This document shows positions 9,749 through 16,994 of a DNA stretch of 64,000 nucleotides, one piece after another (position 1 is the stretch's first letter; the number at the start of each line of letters is the position of its first letter). This stretch comes from Bacilli bacterium (GTDB taxonomy: Bacteria > Bacillota_I > Bacilli_A > RFN20 > CAG-826), in the NCBI GenBank assembly GCA_016296775.1, contig JAEDIE010000003.1, forward strand, positions 127-64,126. Direction: 5' to 3'. The notes under the pieces were generated by a model, which was given only the letters and a program-made list of their open reading frames with translations, was not told the origin of the DNA and ran no database searches. Both the position numbers and the translations under genes were made by a program.

Positions 9749-11007
9749 GTAACTTACTATATTTTTTAACAACTTTTAGTGCGGTAATTCCTAATTTAAT
9801 TTACTTTACTAGAAGAACATATTATGAAAATAAGAAATCTCAAGGAAGATTCATTAAAGGAAGAGCAATAATTATATCAAATCACATTTCAATTATTGAT
9901 TATATGATGTTGATTTTTGTTTTCTTTACTAGAAAAATTAGATGCTTAGTTGCAAGTGTTGTTTTTAAAAAGAACAAAATGTTAAATCTTTTACTTAAAA
10001 TGTGTGGAGCAATTAAAGTAGAAAGAGAAAGCTACGATTTATCTTTTATTCAAAAATCTATTGATACATTAAACAAAAATAAAGTCTTATTAATATTCCC
10101 TGAAGCAAGATTAGATAAAGATAAATCTAAAATTAGAAACTTCACAACCTCATACATTTTATTAGCATTAAAAACAAAATCCCCTATTATTCCTGTGTAT
10201 AATGATGGAAATTATGGATTTAATAAAAGAGTACATTGTATGATTGGAGAAAAAATATATTTAGATAAATATATTGATAACGATAATCCTACAAAAGAAG
10301 AACTAGAATATTTAAATAAAATAGTCATGTCTAAAATTAAAGAATTGAAGAATAAAACTATCAAAAATATTGAAGAAGATAAAGAAAAAAGGTATACCTT
10401 TAAAAAGTTTTTAGGTGATTTTGGAAGAATTAATTTAGGTTGGTTAATTAGACTTAAAGGAATAAAAGTTCATTATAAAAATGTTGATAAATCCATATTA
10501 AAATGCAAAAAACCATTTATTATATGTGCAAATCATACTGGATTTAGTGACCCTCCAATATTGATGGGATTATTTTATAAAAGAAGGATGAATATTTTAG
10601 CAGCGGATATTATCTTTAAAGATCATAAAGTTAGAAGTTACTTTTTAGAAGCAGCAGGTTGTATTTCAATTAATAGAGAATCGTTAGATTTTAATGCAAT
10701 AAAACAATCTTTAAATGCTTTAAATCATAATAGAATCCTCACTATTTTTCCTGAAGGAAGAATTGAAACAGAAGATAAAATGAATAGTTTAAAAGGTGGA
10801 GCAGTTTTACTTGCTACATTAGCTAAAGTAGATATATTACCAATATTTATCAAAAGAAAAGAGAACAAAAAAGACAAAGTTGAAATTGTTATTGGTCCTT
10901 TTGTTGAAATTGATAAAAATAAAGTTTATAGTCTTAAAGATGTTGATGAATTAACATTATCATTATTTAATGAAATAAAATCATTGAGGGAAGAAGTTGT
11001 TAAATGA
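9745..11007 (+). CDS. Tandem double-domain lysophospholipid/glycerol-3-phosphate acyltransferase family protein (2 x PlsC/LPLAT)
   Basis: Two complete motif sets. The first is NHISIID (HX4D), KVERES and IFPEARL. The second is NHTGFSD (HX4D), SINRES and IFPEGRI. ATGA overlaps on both sides. Confidence 0.8.
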   Translation: MSNLLYFLTTFSAVIPNLIYFTRRTYYENKKSQGRFIKGRAIIISNHISIIDYMMLIFVFFTRKIRCLVASVVFKKNKMLNLLLKMCGAIKVERESYDLSFIQKSIDTLNKNKVLLIFPEARLDKDKSKIRNFTTSYILLALKTKSPIIPVYNDGNYGFNKRVHCMIGEKIYLDKYIDNDNPTKEELEYLNKIVMSKIKELKNKTIKNIEEDKEKRYTFKKFLGDFGRINLGWLIRLKGIKVHYKNVDKSILKCKKPFIICANHTGFSDPPILMGLFYKRRMNILAADIIFKDHKVRSYFLEAAGCISINRESLDFNAIKQSLNALNHNRILTIFPEGRIETEDKMNSLKGGAVLLATLAKVDILPIFIKRKENKKDKVEIVIGPFVEIDKNKVYSLKDVDELTLSLFNEIKSLREEVVK

Positions 11008-11249
11008 AAAAAGAAGAAATATTAAATAAAATTATTGATATTTATGAAAACATAATTGGTGAAGAGGTAGATAAGTCTATTTTTACTTTAGAAAGCAATA
11101 TTAAAAATGATTTAGGCATCAATTCAGTAGGTCTTTTATATTTAATTGTCGATATAGAAAAAGAATTTGATGTAGTTTTACATAATCAATCAATTGAAAA
11201 ATTTGTAACATTAAATGATGTAGTTACATATATTGAACAAAATATTTAG
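11004..11249 (+). CDS. Acyl carrier protein-like (81 aa)
   Basis: ACP size and helix pattern. DLGINSVGLLYLIVDIEKEF corresponds to DLG.DS...VEL...E.EF, with the Ser retained. Confidence 0.75.
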   Translation: MKKEEILNKIIDIYENIIGEEVDKSIFTLESNIKNDLGINSVGLLYLIVDIEKEFDVVLHNQSIEKFVTLNDVVTYIEQNI

Positions 11250-11250
11250 T

Positions 11251-12231
11251 TTATAAATCGTGATTAGTTAAAAAACAATCAATAGTTTTATCATATTCAG
11301 GAGCTTGATTAATTCTTATATGAGAATGGGCTCCTTTTTTAAAATCATTTCTTTCTTTGTTTTTACTTCCACAAGCTTCATATACTCTTTTTTTCATATC
11401 ATCTAGAACAAATTTATCTTCACTTGAATATAAGAAAAGTATAGGAATATCAATTTTAGGAAGATAATTTAAAGGGCATTCTTTATAAATATCAGCTTTA
11501 GTATATTTTTTTAAATAATACATAACTTCTCTACATACTGGGAAAACAGGATGATGATCAGCAATCATATGATTTTTAAATATTTCATAAAAATTAGTAA
11601 ATAATCCATCAGCTACAATACAAGAAATTAAATTTTCTTCTTCTTTAGCTTTAGCAAATACACTAGTTGCAGCACCAATACAAATACCATGTAAAATAAT
11701 ATTTTTGTTATCAAATTTATCTTTCAACAATTTAGCCCAAGCTAAAATATCTTTGTATTCATCAACTCCAATAGTATCAAAATAACCTTCGCTTAACCCA
11801 TGACTTCTATTATCAATAACTAGAACATTTGTGCCATGATTATAGTAAGGGATAGCAAAATAATAAGAATAAAGTAAAGATTCTGTTCTGCCTGGAATAA
11901 TAATTACACAAGTAGAAGAGTTATTATTTAAATATTTTCCAACTAATTTAAAACCTTCACTAGTAATTGATACATCTATAAAATTTTTATCTAAACTCCA
12001 ATTTATTCCAGTTTCATACATTTTAACTTGTTCTTCATTAGTTGTATCGCTACATTCTCTCCCCCATTTATCATAAGGTTCTCTAACAAGAAAAGTAAAA
12101 TATACTTTTTTTGCAATTTTTAGTGTATAAAGTAAGAAAGGTAATATAAAAATTAAGAAAAATAATACTATACTACCTAAAACAATTAATAAAATAAAAT
12201 ACCATTCCATACTTTGATATTGTATTAACAA
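11251..12231 (-). CDS. Membrane-anchored alpha/beta hydrolase with a Cys in the nucleophile elbow (G-I-C-I-G)
   Basis: N-terminal TM helix. HGICIGAAT aligns with DGVSMGATT of the paralogue at 27775..28716. Asp (SSEDKFV) and His (GAHSH) are retained. The track start is a TTG; the first ATG is at 12210. Confidence 0.7.
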   Translation of the reverse strand: MLIQYQSMEWYFILLIVLGSIVLFFLIFILPFLLYTLKIAKKVYFTFLVREPYDKWGRECSDTTNEEQVKMYETGINWSLDKNFIDVSITSEGFKLVGKYLNNNSSTCVIIIPGRTESLLYSYYFAIPYYNHGTNVLVIDNRSHGLSEGYFDTIGVDEYKDILAWAKLLKDKFDNKNIILHGICIGAATSVFAKAKEEENLISCIVADGLFTNFYEIFKNHMIADHHPVFPVCREVMYYLKKYTKADIYKECPLNYLPKIDIPILFLYSSEDKFVLDDMKKRVYEACGSKNKERNDFKKGAHSHIRINQAPEYDKTIDCFLTNHDL

Positions 12232-12362
12232 ATAAATATAATTTCAAATCAATTATAAACACAAAAATTAAATTAAACTTAAATATTAAATTATAAATAT
12301 TTTTAATATTTATATTTAATCTTCATTTGATATAATTAAAATCAGAAGGAGAGGATTTGTTT

Positions 12363-13295
12363 ATGAATAAATTTATAATTTTACCAGATGTAACTTGTGA
12401 TTTAAGTGATGAAACAAGAGAGAAGTTTAATTTAAAAGATTATATTCCTTCACACATTATTTTACCTGATGGAAGTGAAAGAACAGGAAAGCTTAAATGG
12501 GACTGGATAACATCAACTGAATTTTATAAAGCTATTAAAAAGAAAAATAATGGATATTCAACAAGTCCTGCTAGTATTGAAGAAATAAAAGAAAAATTTA
12601 AATTTTATCTTGATCAAGGATATGACATTTTATTTATGTCAATTTCTTCAAAATTAAGTGGAACTTATAATTTTGGAGTTAAAGCTAGTGAAGAATTGCT
12701 CCCTCTTTATAAAGATAGAAAAATTCTTTGCTTTGATTCATTAAGATATTCTCTTTGCTTTGGTTTACTTGTCACCAAAGCATGTGAATTTAGAGATAGA
12801 GGATTATCACTTGAAGATACCTATGATGAATTAATAAAATTAAGACCATGTGTCCATCAAATGGGACCTATGGAAGATTTATTTTTCCTTGCTAGCAAAG
12901 GAAGAATTTCAAATGGCAAAGCCTTTATGGGTAATTTAATTGGTATTAGACCATTAGGTGACATCAATAATGTTGGGACAACCACTGTTTTAGGAAAAGC
13001 TAAAGGTAAGAAAGCAGCTATTGAAGCTACTGTCAAATATATTGAAAAAACTATTGTGAATCCAAAAGATCAATATATTTTTATAGCCCATACTGAAAGA
13101 GAAGAGGAAGCAAACCTTTTAAAAGAAAAGATAGAAGAAAGAATTGCTCCAAAAGGTATTATTATTAATGAATGCTATTGTATGACTGGTACAAACATTG
13201 GCCCAGGATTATATGCTGCATATTATATTGGAAAAGAATTAAGTGAAAATCTTGTTGAAGAACAACAAATAATGAACGAAATTCTTGGAAAATAA
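12363..13295 (+). CDS. DegV family fatty-acid-binding protein, paralogue 2
   Basis: DegV motifs (ILPDVTCDL, STSPAS, GRISNGKAF, GPGLYAAYY). ATG at 12363 is preceded by AGGAGAGGA. The track start at 12357 is a TTG. Confidence 0.9.
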   Translation: MNKFIILPDVTCDLSDETREKFNLKDYIPSHIILPDGSERTGKLKWDWITSTEFYKAIKKKNNGYSTSPASIEEIKEKFKFYLDQGYDILFMSISSKLSGTYNFGVKASEELLPLYKDRKILCFDSLRYSLCFGLLVTKACEFRDRGLSLEDTYDELIKLRPCVHQMGPMEDLFFLASKGRISNGKAFMGNLIGIRPLGDINNVGTTTVLGKAKGKKAAIEATVKYIEKTIVNPKDQYIFIAHTEREEEANLLKEKIEERIAPKGIIINECYCMTGTNIGPGLYAAYYIGKELSENLVEEQQIMNEILGK

Positions 13296-13318
13296 CTTTA
13301 CTTTATTAATGTTCTTAT

Positions 13319-13333
13319 TTAGAATAATTACTA
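13319..13333. promoter_or_regulatory. Candidate Per/Fur box overlapping a TAGAAT -10 element upstream of the Fur-family gene
   Basis: TTAGAATAATTACTA matches the B. subtilis 7-1-7 Per box TTATAATNATTATAA at 11 of 14 positions. It lies inside a larger imperfect palindrome (13314..13338). TTTACT-17-TAGAAT is a possible promoter. Confidence 0.35.
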
Positions 13334-13349
13334 ATAAGGAATTATTCAC

Positions 13350-13736
13350 ATGGAACGTAAAACTATGCAAAGAGATATTCTGCTTCATATAATTTTGAAA
13401 GCAGGTCATATTACCATTAAAGAGATTCTTGATGCCAACAAAAGAAATGGAAGAATCCCTGCAATGAGTGTAGGAACTATTTATCGAAATTTAGCAGTTC
13501 TTGAAGAGGAAGGTTTAATTAGAAGAATACCTACCATCTATAAAGAAGATGTTTATGAAGCTACGGATATACCAAGTCATGATCACTTTATTTGTAAAAA
13601 CTGCCATACCATCATTGATTTAGAAAGAGACAAAGAATTTAAGCCTTATTCTAATAAATATGGTGATAATGTGGAACAAGAAATAACAGTGTATTATGGA
13701 ACATGCGTTGATTGCTTAAATAAAAAAGTCTGTTAA
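13350..13736 (+). CDS. Fur family transcriptional regulator (PerR-like by context)
   Basis: Winged-helix N-terminus, SHDHFICKNC and GTCVDC Cys pairs. Located directly upstream of rubrerythrin. Confidence 0.85.
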   Translation: MERKTMQRDILLHIILKAGHITIKEILDANKRNGRIPAMSVGTIYRNLAVLEEEGLIRRIPTIYKEDVYEATDIPSHDHFICKNCHTIIDLERDKEFKPYSNKYGDNVEQEITVYYGTCVDCLNKKVC

Positions 13737-13761
13737 TACTTTCATTGATAGGAGGAAAAAA

Positions 13762-13878
13762 ATGAAAAAGTATAGATGCTTATTATGCGGAATCGAATTT
13801 GAAAGTGATGAAGCAAATCCAGTTTGCCCAGTTTGTGGTGCAAGCGGAGAAGACGTTGTTGAGGTTGAGGAGGAATAA
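13762..13878 (+). CDS. Rubredoxin-like mini zinc-ribbon protein (38 aa), not in the ORF track
   Basis: [38 protein letters not shown]. Preceded by a GGAGG RBS 6 nt upstream. The two C..C pairs resemble the C-terminal rubredoxin-like domain of the adjacent rubrerythrin (WKCRNCGF...CPCCAHP). The stop lies 2 nt before the rbr ATG. Confidence 0.65.
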   Translation: MKKYRCLLCGIEFESDEANPVCPVCGASGEDVVEVEEE

Positions 13879-13880
13879 TT

Positions 13881-14423
13881 ATGAAACCAGAATTAAAAGG
13901 AACCCAAACAGAAAAGAACTTACAAACAGCATTTGCTGGTGAAAGTCAAGCTCGTAACAAATATACCTATTTTGCTAGCGTAGCTAAAAAAGAAGGCTAT
14001 GAACAAATTTCAGCCCTTTTCTTAGAAACAGCTGAAAATGAAAAAGAACACGCAAAAATGTGGTTCAAAGAATTAGGTGAACTTGGAAACACAGAAGCTA
14101 ACTTACTTGCTGCTGCTGAAGGCGAAAACTATGAATGGACAGATATGTATGCTGGATTCGCTGAAGTAGCTGAAAAAGAAGGATTCAAAGAAATCGCAGC
14201 TAAATTTAGATTAGTTGGTGCAGTTGAAAAACATCATGAAGAAAGATATAGAGCTTTAAGAGCCACACTTCAAGAAGGTAAAACTTTTAAAGGTGAAAAT
14301 GCACAACAAGTTTGGAAATGCAGAAACTGTGGATTTATCTATGTTGGAAAAGATGCTCCAGAACTTTGCCCATGCTGTGCTCATCCAAGAGCATATTTTG
14401 AAAAATATTCAAAAAATTATTAA
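13881..14423 (+). CDS. rbr: Rubrerythrin
   Basis: Diiron four-helix motifs (E..A...[15 protein letters not shown]) plus a C-terminal CRNCG...CPCCAHP rubredoxin-like domain. Confidence 0.9.
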   Translation: MKPELKGTQTEKNLQTAFAGESQARNKYTYFASVAKKEGYEQISALFLETAENEKEHAKMWFKELGELGNTEANLLAAAEGENYEWTDMYAGFAEVAEKEGFKEIAAKFRLVGAVEKHHEERYRALRATLQEGKTFKGENAQQVWKCRNCGFIYVGKDAPELCPCCAHPRAYFEKYSKNY

Positions 14424-14439
14424 TTATTAAATAAATAGG

Positions 14440-15324
14440 TTGGTGTTGTTTGTGTTGCGTAAAGTCGTTTTAGTTACGGATTCATGTTCCGATTTACCAT
14501 TAAAGCTGGTTAATGACTTAGAAATTCACGTTATTCCAATGCATTTTGCATTTAATGGTGTAAGTTATTTAGATTTTCCTACTCATAAAGAAATGAGTGT
14601 GAATGATTTTTATGACCGCTTAAGAAATAAGGAAGTAGCTATTACAAGCCAAGCAACAATAGAAGACTGTTTAAATGTAATTAGACCACTTGCTAATGAA
14701 GGAGATGATATCATTTGTTTAGGGTTTTCTAGTGCTTTAAGTGGAACTGTTAACTCCATGAGATTGGTTGCTAACATGATTAAAGATGATTATCCAAACA
14801 TTAACATTACTGTTATTGATACTTTATCTGCTTCATTAGGAGAGGGTTTATATGTTTATTTAGTAGCTAAAAAGATTAAGGAAGGATATGATTTTTTCAA
14901 AGCTAGTGAATATGCATTAAGTTTACAAAATAAGATTCTCCATTATTTTACTGTTGATGATTTAGGTACACTTAAAAGAGGTGGAAGATTATCTGCTTCA
15001 AAAGCTTTCTTAGGATCAATTTTAAATTTAAAACCTATTCTTCATGTTGATACAAATGGAAGACTCGTTCCAATTGGTAAAAAGATTGGAAGAAAACAAA
15101 GTCTAAATTGTTTAATCGAAGCTTTTAAAGAAAAATGTACTGATCCATCAATTATTTTTGTTTCTCATGGATCTTGTTATAAAGATGCTGAATATGTAAA
15201 GAATAAAATCGTTGATTTATATCCAAGCATTAACGAAGTTGTAATTAGTGATATTGGTCCAGTTATTGGAGCTCATAGTGGTCCTGGCACCGTAGCTTTA
15301 TTCTTTATAGGAAAGGAGAGATAA
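14440..15324 (+). CDS. DegV family fatty-acid-binding protein, paralogue 3
   Basis: VLVTDSCSDL, TSQAT, LKRGGRLS and GPGTVALFF motifs. The start is uncertain (TTG 14440, or GTG 14452 / TTG 14455). Confidence 0.88.
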   Translation: MVLFVLRKVVLVTDSCSDLPLKLVNDLEIHVIPMHFAFNGVSYLDFPTHKEMSVNDFYDRLRNKEVAITSQATIEDCLNVIRPLANEGDDIICLGFSSALSGTVNSMRLVANMIKDDYPNINITVIDTLSASLGEGLYVYLVAKKIKEGYDFFKASEYALSLQNKILHYFTVDDLGTLKRGGRLSASKAFLGSILNLKPILHVDTNGRLVPIGKKIGRKQSLNCLIEAFKEKCTDPSIIFVSHGSCYKDAEYVKNKIVDLYPSINEVVISDIGPVIGAHSGPGTVALFFIGKER

Positions 15325-15747
15325 ATGTTAATTGATACAATTAAAAAAGAAAACTTATTAGCTTTAAAAAATAAAGATGACAATAAAAGAGCAGTATTAA
15401 GCGTAATTATTAATAAATACATGATTTTAGGTTATGAGGCAAAAGCTAAAAATATTGAATTAACTGATGCCGATTTACTTAATATTATGAAAAAAACTAT
15501 AAAAGAACTTGAAGAAGAGAGAAAAAGTTATAGTGATGCCCATAGGGAAGATAAAGTAAAAGATATTACTTATCAAATGGATATTGTTTCTTCTTACTTA
15601 CCAAAAATGATGAGCGAAGAAGAAATTAAAATTGTAATTTTATCTTTAAGTGATCGTTCAATCCCATCAGTTATGAAACATTTTAAGCAAAATTATAATG
15701 GTTTATGCGATATGGGTCTTGTAAATAAGGTCTTAAAAAGTTTATAA
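15325..15747 (+). CDS. GatB/YqeY domain-containing protein
   Basis: About 140 aa with the YqeY-like pattern (K.A.K......R...L........E.....). Immediately follows the degV stop. Confidence 0.8.
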   Translation: MLIDTIKKENLLALKNKDDNKRAVLSVIINKYMILGYEAKAKNIELTDADLLNIMKKTIKELEEERKSYSDAHREDKVKDITYQMDIVSSYLPKMMSEEEIKIVILSLSDRSIPSVMKHFKQNYNGLCDMGLVNKVLKSL

Positions 15748-15770
15748 TTAAATACTTGCTTAAAACAAGT

Positions 15771-15844
15771 GGGGAAATAGTTCAATGGTAGAACAGCGGT
15801 CTCCAAAACCGTTGATCTGGGTTCGACTCCTTGTTTCCCCGCCA
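15771..15844 (+). tRNA. tRNA-Trp (anticodon CCA)
   Basis: Cloverleaf folded by hand. Acceptor stem GGGGAAA/TTTCCCC, anticodon stem GCGGT/ACCGT with loop CTCCAAA, T-loop TTCGACT, encoded CCA end. Close to B. subtilis tRNA-Trp. Confidence 0.9.
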
Positions 15845-15856
15845 ATATTAAAAGAT

Positions 15857-15885
15857 AGACAATTTAATTATTGTCTTTTTATTTT
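15857..15885 (+). terminator. Rho-independent terminator after tRNA-Trp
   Basis: Stem AGACAAT / ATTGTCT with a 6-nt loop, followed by TTTTATTTT. Confidence 0.7.
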
Positions 15886-15903
15886 GCTTTTTTATTAATA
15901 TAA

Positions 15904-15925
15904 TTGGGAAATCATATGGTTTTTT
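15904..15925 (+). repeat. Dispersed motif copy A (TTGGGAAATCATATGGTTTTTT)
   Basis: Shares the core TGGGAAAT-N-AT-N-T-N-TTTTT with 15970..15990, 21956..21977 and 42801..42820(-). Its 3' part (15912..15923) pairs with 15939..15950. Confidence 0.5.
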
Positions 15926-15969
15926 AAAATAAAACAAGAAAACTATATGAACTACATTATTAATAAGAG

Positions 15970-15990
15970 TTGGGAAATACATATGTTTTT
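15970..15990 (+). repeat. Dispersed motif copy B (TTGGGAAATACATATGTTTTT)
   Basis: Direct repeat of copy A 66 nt downstream, with a 1-nt indel. Confidence 0.5.
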
Positions 15991-16130
15991 GATGTTGATG
16001 AATAATTTTAATTTTATATATTTTCTTATATTTAAATAATTAGGAGAGTTATAAATTGAATATAGATTTTTATTTGCCCTTTAATTTTAAAGTTTTATAG
16101 ATGTAATAAATATATTAATATATTTATAGT

Positions 16131-16994
16131 ATGAGGAAGATATTTAAAGTTTTAATAGTTTTTGGTTCAATTTTCGTTTTTGTTGGTGCAATAAGTTTAA
16201 CTACTCATTTAGTTTTAAAATATAAATATGACATTGATTGTATTCAAATTGGTATGGGTTTAAAACATATTGGAAAAGAAGTTAATGAAGATAAAACTTG
16301 TACAAATAAGTTTGATGAAGAGGATAAAAATAAAGCAATTGACATCATTAACGCTTCAACCAATGATTTTATTCAAGATGATGAAAACAATAATGTTATT
16401 TTTGATTACAATAATTTAGTTAATGAAATGAAAACTGTCATTGAACTTAATGATAAAGAAGTTGGTGCTATTTGTTCAGTTGTTTTAGAACAAGTTAAAA
16501 ATGGTGAATTTGATGTTGAAGATTTTACGTTTAATGTTGATTTAATTGAGATTACTTTTTCAAATTTAACTGAAAATAGCTGTGATTTATCATCAACATT
16601 TAAAATTGATGTATCTTCTTTTAAAGAAGAAATGAATGCTTTTCCACTAAGTATGGCTAAATCATTAGTACCAAATAGTATTTATTTATTTTCTACAATT
16701 ACTGTTAATAAAGGAGATCAACCATTTAGTTATTCTTTAGATTCTAAATCATTTAAGATCAATAGTTGTACTAACGAAGAAACAAAGTATTTATTAAGCA
16801 TTACTAATAGATTTTTAAATATTGGAACAAGCGATGATATTAATTTATTAATTGGTTCAACAATTGTAGATGGATTAATCGGAACTGAAGAAAATAAAGG
16901 ATTGGCTTATTCGTTAAAAGATGTAGGGGCAACGGATTATAATTTCGTTTCAAAAAATGATGAAATATTATTTAGAGTTGAGAGGGATATATGA
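16131..16994 (+). CDS. Hypothetical membrane-anchored protein
   Basis: N-terminal TM helix (VLIVFGSIFVFVGAISLTT). ATGA overlap with the downstream aldo/keto reductase. No recognisable motif and no clear RBS. Confidence 0.55.
   Translation: MRKIFKVLIVFGSIFVFVGAISLTTHLVLKYKYDIDCIQIGMGLKHIGKEVNEDKTCTNKFDEEDKNKAIDIINASTNDFIQDDENNNVIFDYNNLVNEMKTVIELNDKEVGAICSVVLEQVKNGEFDVEDFTFNVDLIEITFSNLTENSCDLSSTFKIDVSSFKEEMNAFPLSMAKSLVPNSIYLFSTITVNKGDQPFSYSLDSKSFKINSCTNEETKYLLSITNRFLNIGTSDDINLLIGSTIVDGLIGTEENKGLAYSLKDVGATDYNFVSKNDEILFRVERDI

Noticed and set aside
15948-16040. 30-aa ORF (MNYIINKSWEIHMFLMLMNNFNFIYFLIFK) in the tRNA-Trp downstream spacer
   Set aside because: It has no Shine-Dalgarno sequence and an AT-driven composition. 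It also overlaps the repeat motif copy B.
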